This document shows, one piece after another, positions 56,601 through 64,000 of a stretch of DNA of 64,000 nucleotides. The first letter of the stretch is position 1; every line of letters starts with the position of its first letter. The notes below the pieces were generated by a model. It made no database searches. It saw only the letters and a program-made list of their open reading frames with translations, and was not told the origin of the DNA. This stretch comes from Eledone cirrhosa (lineage: Eukaryota): positions 209,064,001 to 209,128,000 of the forward strand of contig OZ024743.1 in assembly GCA_964016885.1 (NCBI GenBank). The letters run 5' to 3'. The position numbers and the translations under genes were made by a program.

Positions 56601-59600
56601 TTTACCATCCTATAGGCTCAGATGAAAGCTCTTCACTCCATAAGATATACCACAGTTTACCATCCTATAGCCAGATGAAAGCTTTTCAATACATAAGATA
56701 TACCACAGTTTACCATCCTATAGCCACACATGAAAGCTCTTCACTCCATAAGATATACCACAGTTTACCATCCTATAGCCACACATGAAAGCTCTTCACT
56801 CCATAAGATATACCACAGTTTACCATCCTATAGCCACACATGAAAGCTCTTCACTCCATAAGATATACCACAGTTTACCATCCTATAGCCACAGATGAAA
56901 GCTCTTCACTCCATAAGATATACCACAGTTTACCATCCTATAGCCACACATGAAAGCTCTTCACTCCATAAGATATACCACAGTTTACCATCCTATAGCC
57001 ACACATGAAAGCTCTTCACTCCATAAGATATACCACAGTTTACCATCCTATAGCCACACATGAGCTCTTCACTCCATAAGATATACCACAGTTTACCATC
57101 CTATAGCCACACATGAAAGCTCTTCACTCCATAAGATATATCACAGTTTACCATCCTATAGCCAGATGAAAGCTTTTCAATACATAAGATATACCACAGT
57201 TTACCATCCTATAGCCACACATGAAAGCTCTTCATACCATAAGATATACCACAGTTTACCATCCTATAGCCAGATGAAAGCTCTTCACTCCATAAGATAT
57301 ACCACAGTTTACCATCCTATAGCCACGCATGAAAGCTCTTCACTCCATAAGATATACCACAGTTTACCTTCCCACAGCCACACATGAAATCTTTTAACTC
57401 CATAAGATATACCACAGTTTACCATCCTATAGCCACAGATGAAAGCTGTTCACTCCATAAGATATACCATAGTTTACCATCCTATAGCCACAGATGAAAG
57501 CTCTTCACTCCATAACATATACCACACTTTACCATCCTATAGCCACACATGAGCTCTTCACTCCATAAGATATACCACAGTTTACCATCCTATAGCCACA
57601 CATGAAAGCTCTTCACTCCATAAGATATACCAGAGTTTACCATCCTATAGGCACAGATGAAAGCTCTTCACTCCATAAGTTATACCACAGTTTACCATCC
57701 TATAGCCACAGATGAAAGCTCTTCACTCCATAACATATACCACAGTTTACCATCCTATAGCCACACATGAGAGCTCTTCACTCCATAAGATATACCTCAG
57801 TTTACCATCCTATAGCCACAGATGATAGCTCTTCACTCCATAAGATAAACCACAGTTTACCATCCTATAGCCACAGATGAAAGCTGTTCACTCCATAAGA
57901 TATACCACAGTTAACCATCCGATAGCCACACATGAAAGCTCTTCACTCCATAAGATATACCACAGTTTACCATCCTATAACCAGATGAAAGTTCTTCACT
58001 CCATAAGATATACCACAGTTTACCATCATATAGCCACAGATGAAATCTCTTCACTCCATAAGATATACCACAATTTACCATCCTATAGCCACACATCAAA
58101 GCTCTTCACTCCATAAGATATACCACAGTTTACCATCCTATAGCCAGATGAAAGCTCTTCACTCCATAAGATATACCACAGTTTACCATCCTATAGCCAC
58201 AGATGATAGCTCTTCACTCCATAAGATAAACCACAGTTTACCATCCTATAGCCACAGATGAAAGCTCTTCACTCCATAAGATATACCACAGTTTACCATC
58301 CTATAGCCACAGATGAAAGCTATTCACTACATAAGATATACCACATTTTACCATCCTATAGCCACACATGAAAGATCTTCACTCCATAAGATATACCACA
58401 GTTTACCATCCTATAGCCACACATGGAAGCTCTTCACTCCATAAGATATACCACAGTTTACCATCCTATAGGCTCAGATGAAAGCTCTTCACTCCATAAG
58501 ATATACCACAGTTTACCATCCTATAGCCACAGATGAAAGCTCTTCACTCCATAACATATACCACAGTTTACCATCCTATAGCCACACATGAAAGTTCTTA
58601 ACTCCATAAGATATACCACAGTTTACCATCCTATAGCCACACATGAAAACTCTTCACTCCATAAGATATACCACAGTTTACCATCCTATGGCCAGAGATG
58701 AAAGCTCTTCACTCCATAAGATATACCACAGTTTACCATCCTATAGCCACAGATGAAAGCTCTTCACTCCATAAGATATACCACAGTTTACCATCCTATA
58801 GCCACAGATGAAAGCTGTTCACTCCATAAGATATACCACAGTTTACCATCCGATAGCCACACATGAAAGCTCTTCACTCCATAAGATATACCACAGTTTA
58901 CCATCATATAGCCACAGATGAAATCTCTTCACTCCATAAGATATAACACAGTTTACCATCCTATGGCCAGAGATGAAATCTCTTCACTCCATAAGATATA
59001 CCACAGTTTACCATCCTATAGCCACACATGAAAGCTGTTCACTCCATAAGATATACCACAGTTTACCATCCTATAGCCATAGATGAAAGCTCTTCACTCC
59101 ATAAGATATACGACAGTTTACCATCCTATAGCCAGATGAAAGCTCTTAAATCCATAAGATATACCACAATTTACCATCCTATAGCCACACATAAAAGCTC
59201 TTCACTCCATAAGATATACCACAGTTTACCATCCTATGGCCACAGATGAAAGCTCTTCACTCCATCAGATATAACACAGTTTACCATCCTATAGCCAGAT
59301 GAAAGTTCTTCACTCCATAAGATATACCACAGTATACCACCCTATACCACATATGAAAGCTCTTCACTCCATAAGATATACCACAGTTTACCATCCTATA
59401 GCCACAGATGAAAGCTCTTCACACCATAAGATATACCACAGTTTACCATCCTATAGCCAGATGAAAGCTCTTCACTCCATAAGATATACCACAGTTTACC
59501 ATCCTATAGCCACGCATGAAAGCTCTTCACTCCATAAGATATACCACAGTTTACCTTCCTATAGCCACACATGAAATCTTTTCACTCCATAAGATATACC

Positions 59601-62600
59601 AGAGTTTACCATCCTATAGCCAGAGATGAAAGCTCTTCACTCCATAAGTTATACCACAGTTTACCATCCTATAGCCACAGATGAAAGCTCTTCACTCCAT
59701 AACATATACCACAGTTTACCATCCTATAGCCACACATGAGAGCTCTTCACTCCATAAGATATACCTCAGTTTACCATCCTATAGCCACACATGAAAGCTC
59801 TTCACTCCATAAGATATACCACAGTTTACCATCCTATAGCCAGATGAAAGCTTTTCAATCCATAAGATATACCAAAGTTTACCATCCTATAGCCACACAT
59901 GAAAGCTCTTCACTCCATAAGATATACCACATTTTACCATCCTATAGCCACACGTGAAAGCTCTTCACTCCATAAGATATACCACAATTTACCATCCTAT
60001 AGCCACATATGAAAGCTGTTCACTCCATAAGATATACCACAGTTTACCATCCGATAGCCACAGATGAAAGCTGTTCATTCCATAAGATATACCACAGTTT
60101 ACCATCCGATAGCCACACATGAAAGCTCTTCACTCCATAAGATATACCACAGTTTACCATCCTATAGCCAGATGAAAGTTCTTCACTCCATAAGATATAC
60201 CACAGTTTACCATCCTATGGCCACAGATGAAAGCTCTTCACTCCATAAGATATACCACAGTTTACCATCCTATAGCCACACATGAAAGCTCTTCACTCCA
60301 TAAGATATACCACAGTTTACCATCATATAGCCACAGATGAAATCTCTTCACTCCATAAGATATAACACAGTTTACCATCCTATGGCCAGAGATGAAAGCT
60401 CTTCACTCCATAAGATATACGACAGTTTACCATCCTATAGCCACACATGAAAGCTGTTCACTCCATAAGATATACCACAGTTTACCATCCTATAGCCATA
60501 GATGAAAGCTCTTCACTCCATAAGATATACGACAGTTTACCATCCTATAGCCAGATGAAAGCTCTTAAATCCATAAGATATACCACAGTTTACCATCCTA
60601 TAGCCACACATGAAAGCTCTTCACTCCATAAGATATACCACAGTTTACCATCATATAGCCACACATGAAAGCTCTTCACTCCATAAGATATACCACAGTT
60701 TACCATTCTATAGACACAGATGAAAGCTCTTCACTCCATAAGATATACCACAGTTTACTATCCTATAGCCAGATGAAAGCTTTTCACTCCATAAGATATA
60801 CCACAGTTTACTATCCTATGCCCACAGATGAAAGCTCTTCACTCCATAAGAAATACCACAGTTTACCATCCTATAGCCACACATGAAAGCTCTTCACTCC
60901 ATAAGATATACCACCGTTTACCATCCTATGGCCACAGATGAAAGCTCTTCACTCCATAAGATATACCACAGTTTACCACCCTATGGCCACAGATGAAAGC
61001 TCTTCATTCCATAAGATATACGAAAGTTTACCATCCTATAACCACACCACGGATGAAAGCTCTTCACTCCATAAGATATACCACAGTTTACCATCCTATA
61101 GCCACAGATGAAAGCTCTTCACTCTATAAGATATACCACAGTTTACCATCTTATAGTCACACATGAAAGCTCTTCACTCCATAAGATATACCACAGTTTA
61201 CCATCCTATAGCCAGATGAAAGCTCTTCACTCCATAAGAAATACCACAGTTTACCATCCTATAGCCACAGATGATAGCTCTTCACTCCATAAGATAAACC
61301 ACAGTTTACCATCCTATAGCCACAGATGAAAGCTCTTCACTCCATAAGATATACCACAGTTTACCATCCTATAGCCACAGATGAAAGCTATTCACTCCAT
61401 AAGATATACCACATTTTACCATCCTATAGCCACACATGAAAGTTATTCACTCCATAAGATATACCACAGTTTACCATCCTATAGCCACACATGGAAGGTC
61501 TTCACTCCATAAGATATACCACAGTTTACCATCCTATAGGCTCAGATGAAAGCTCTTCACTCCATAAGATATACCACAGTTTACCATCCTATAGCCAGAT
61601 GAAAGCTTTTAAATACATAAGATATACCACAGTTTACCATCCTATAGCCACACATGAAAGCTCTTCACTCCATAAGATATACCACAGTTTACCATCCTAT
61701 AGCCACACATGAAAGCTCTTCACTCCATAAGATATACCACAGTTTACCATCCTATAGCCACACATGAAAGCTCTTCACTCCATAAGATATACCACAGTTT
61801 ACCATCCTATAGCCACAGATGAAAGCTCTTCACTCCATAAGATATACCACAGTTTACCATCCTATAGCCACACATGAAAGCTCTTCACTCCATAAGATAT
61901 ACCACAGTTTACCATCCTATAGCCACACATGAAAGCTCTTCACTCCATAAGATATACCACAGTTTACCATCCTATAGCCACACATGAGCTCTTCACTCCA
62001 TAAGATATACCACAGTTTACCATCCTATAGCCACACATGAAAGCTCTTCACTCCATAAGATATACCACAGTTTACCATCCTATAGCCAGATGAAAGCTTT
62101 TCAATACATAAGATATACCACAGTTTACCATCCTATAGCCACACATGAAAGCTCTTCATACCATAAGATATACCACAGTTTACCATCCTATAGCCAGATG
62201 AAAGCTCTTCACTCCATAAGATATACCACAGTTTACCATCCTATAGCCACGCATGAAAGCTCTTCACTCCATAAGATATACCACAGTTTACCTTCCTATA
62301 GCCACACATGAAATCTTTTAACTCCATAAGATATACCACAGTTTACCATCCTATAGCCACAGATGAAAGCTGTTCACTCCATAAGATATACCATAGTTTA
62401 CCATCCTATAGCCACAGATGAAAGCTCTTCACTCCATAACATATACCACACTTTACCATCCTATAGCCACACATGAGCTCTTCACTCCATAAGATATACC
62501 ACAGTTTACCATCCTATAGCCACACATGAAAGCTCTTCACTCCATAAGATATACCAGAGTTTACCATCCTATAGGCACAGATGAAAGCTCTTCACTCCAT

Positions 62601-64000
62601 AAGTTATACCACAGTTTACCATCCTATAGCCACAGATGAAAGCTCTTCACTCCATAACATATACCACAGTTTACCATCCTATAGCCACACATGAGAGCTC
62701 TTCACTCCATAAGATATATCTCAGTTTACCATCCTATAGCCACACATGAAAGCTCTTCACTCCATAACATATACCACAGTTTACCATCCTATAGCCAGAT
62801 GAAAGCTTTTCAATCCATAAGATATACCAAAGTTTACCATCCTATAGCCACACATGAAAGCTCTTCACTCCATAAGATATAACACATTTTACCATCCTAT
62901 AGCCACACGTGAAAGCTCTTCACTCCATAAGATATACCACAGTTTACCATCCTATAGCCACAGATGAAAGCTCTTCACTCCATAAGATATACCACAGTTT
63001 ACCATCCTATAGCCACAGATGAAAGCTGTTCACTCCATAAGATATACCACAGTTTACCATCCCATAGCCACAGATGAAAGCTGTTCACTCCATAAGATAT
63101 ACCACAGTTTACCATCCGATAGCCACACATGAAAGCTCTTCACTCCATAAGATATACCACAGTTTACCATCCTATAGCCAGATGAAAGTTCTTCACTCCA
63201 TAAGATATACCACAGTTTACCATCCTATAGCCACACATGAAAGCTCTTCACTCCATAAGATATACCACAGTTTACCATCCTATGGCCACAGATGAAAGCT
63301 CTTCACTCCATAAGATATACCACAGTTTACCATCATATAGCCACACATGAAAGCTCTTCACTCCATAAGATATACCACAGTTTACCATCATATAGCCACA
63401 GATGAAATCTCTTCACTCCATAAGATATAACACAGTTTACCATCCTATGGCCAGAGATGAAAGCTCTTCACTCCATAAGATATACCACAGTTTACCATCC
63501 TATAGCCACACATGAAAGCTGTTCACTCCATAAGATATACCACAGTTTACCATCCTATAGCCATAGATGAAAGCTCTTCACTCCATAAGATATACGACAG
63601 TTTACCATCCTATAGCCAGATGAAAGCTCTTAAATCCATAAGATATACCACAGTTTACCATTCTATAGACACAGATGAAAGCTCTTCACTCCATAAGATA
63701 TACCACAGTTTACTATCCTATAGCCAGAAGAAAGGTTTTCACTCCATAAGATATACCACAGTTTACCATCCTATGCCCACAGATGAAAGCTCTTCACTCC
63801 ATAAGAAATACCACAGTTTACCATCCTATAGCCACACATGAAAGCTCTTCACTCCATAAGATATACCACCGTTTACCATCCTATGGCCACAGATGAAAGC
63901 TCTTCACTCCATAAGATATACCACAGTTTACCACCCTATGGCCACAGATGAAAGCTCTTCACTCCATAAGATATACGAAAGTTTACCATCCTATAACCAC

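Larger units (their letters stand above)
14201..64000. repeat. 55-bp satellite DNA array, right arm (continues beyond window end)
   Basis: Same monomer and orientation, resuming at GCTCTTCACTCC 14201. Contains 53-bp variants (GCCAGATG; ATGAGCTC), a 54-bp variant (CCCTATACCAC) and 60-bp variants (GCCACGCCACGG). No non-satellite sequence was seen to the end of the window. Confidence 0.99.
28400..64000. repeat. ~23-kb tandem macro-duplication (copy 1 ~28400-51435; copy 2 from ~51436 to window end)
   Basis: Collinear ORF offsets +23036, +23146, +22602, +22437 and +17738, with shared private variants in the same order. Confidence 0.88.

Noticed and set aside
5394-58099. Short minus-strand ORFs in the satellite (5394, 17582, 20209, 24368, 26944, 57911)
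   Set aside because: Chance loss of stop codons in variant monomers; their recurrence follows the HOR duplications.
280-63841. Numerous 63-109 aa plus-strand ORFs (MKALHSIRYTTVYHPIATHESSSLHKIYHSLPSYS...) resembling a repeat-protein gene family
   Set aside because: They are translations of the satellite. 55 is not a multiple of 3, and ORFs mostly pass the length cut-off only where a length variant (e.g. 55+53=108 bp) skips the stop-containing frame. There is no evidence of frame preservation or gene structure.
1-64000. CRISPR-like regular repeat array
   Set aside because: No unique spacers, since the whole unit is repeated. No cas genes or leader, and the context is eukaryotic (LINE).

Overview
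Eukaryotic heterochromatin-type sequence. Almost the whole window (1-12270 and 14201-64000) is one head-to-tail, single-orientation satellite array with a 55-bp monomer (consensus ATGAAAGCTCTTCACTCCATAAGATATACCACAGTTTACCATCCTATAGCCACA[C/G]), plus 53-, 54- and 60-bp length variants. It is organised into nested higher-order repeats (HORs), from ~0.7-4.7 kb up to a ~23-kb tandem macro-duplication. The only non-satellite DNA is a 1,930-bp, 5'-truncated non-LTR retrotransposon on the minus strand (12271-14200). Its uninterrupted ORF2 fragment has RT motifs AFDRV, QGCPLS and YADD and a C-terminal CCHC knuckle, and looks like L1/Tx1 clade. Its 264-nt 3' UTR is rich in hairpins and ends in AATAAA with no poly(A) tail. 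The most notable observation is that the element is not a simple insertion. Relative to the uninterrupted HOR copy at ~8030-10435, it comes with ~11 extra, unusually diverged satellite monomers on its 5' side (14201-14821). The numerous 60-109 aa ORFs in the satellite are artefacts. There are no host genes, RNA genes or CRISPR arrays. All alignments were done by eye or from ORF-track offsets, so HOR boundaries are approximate to about one monomer.
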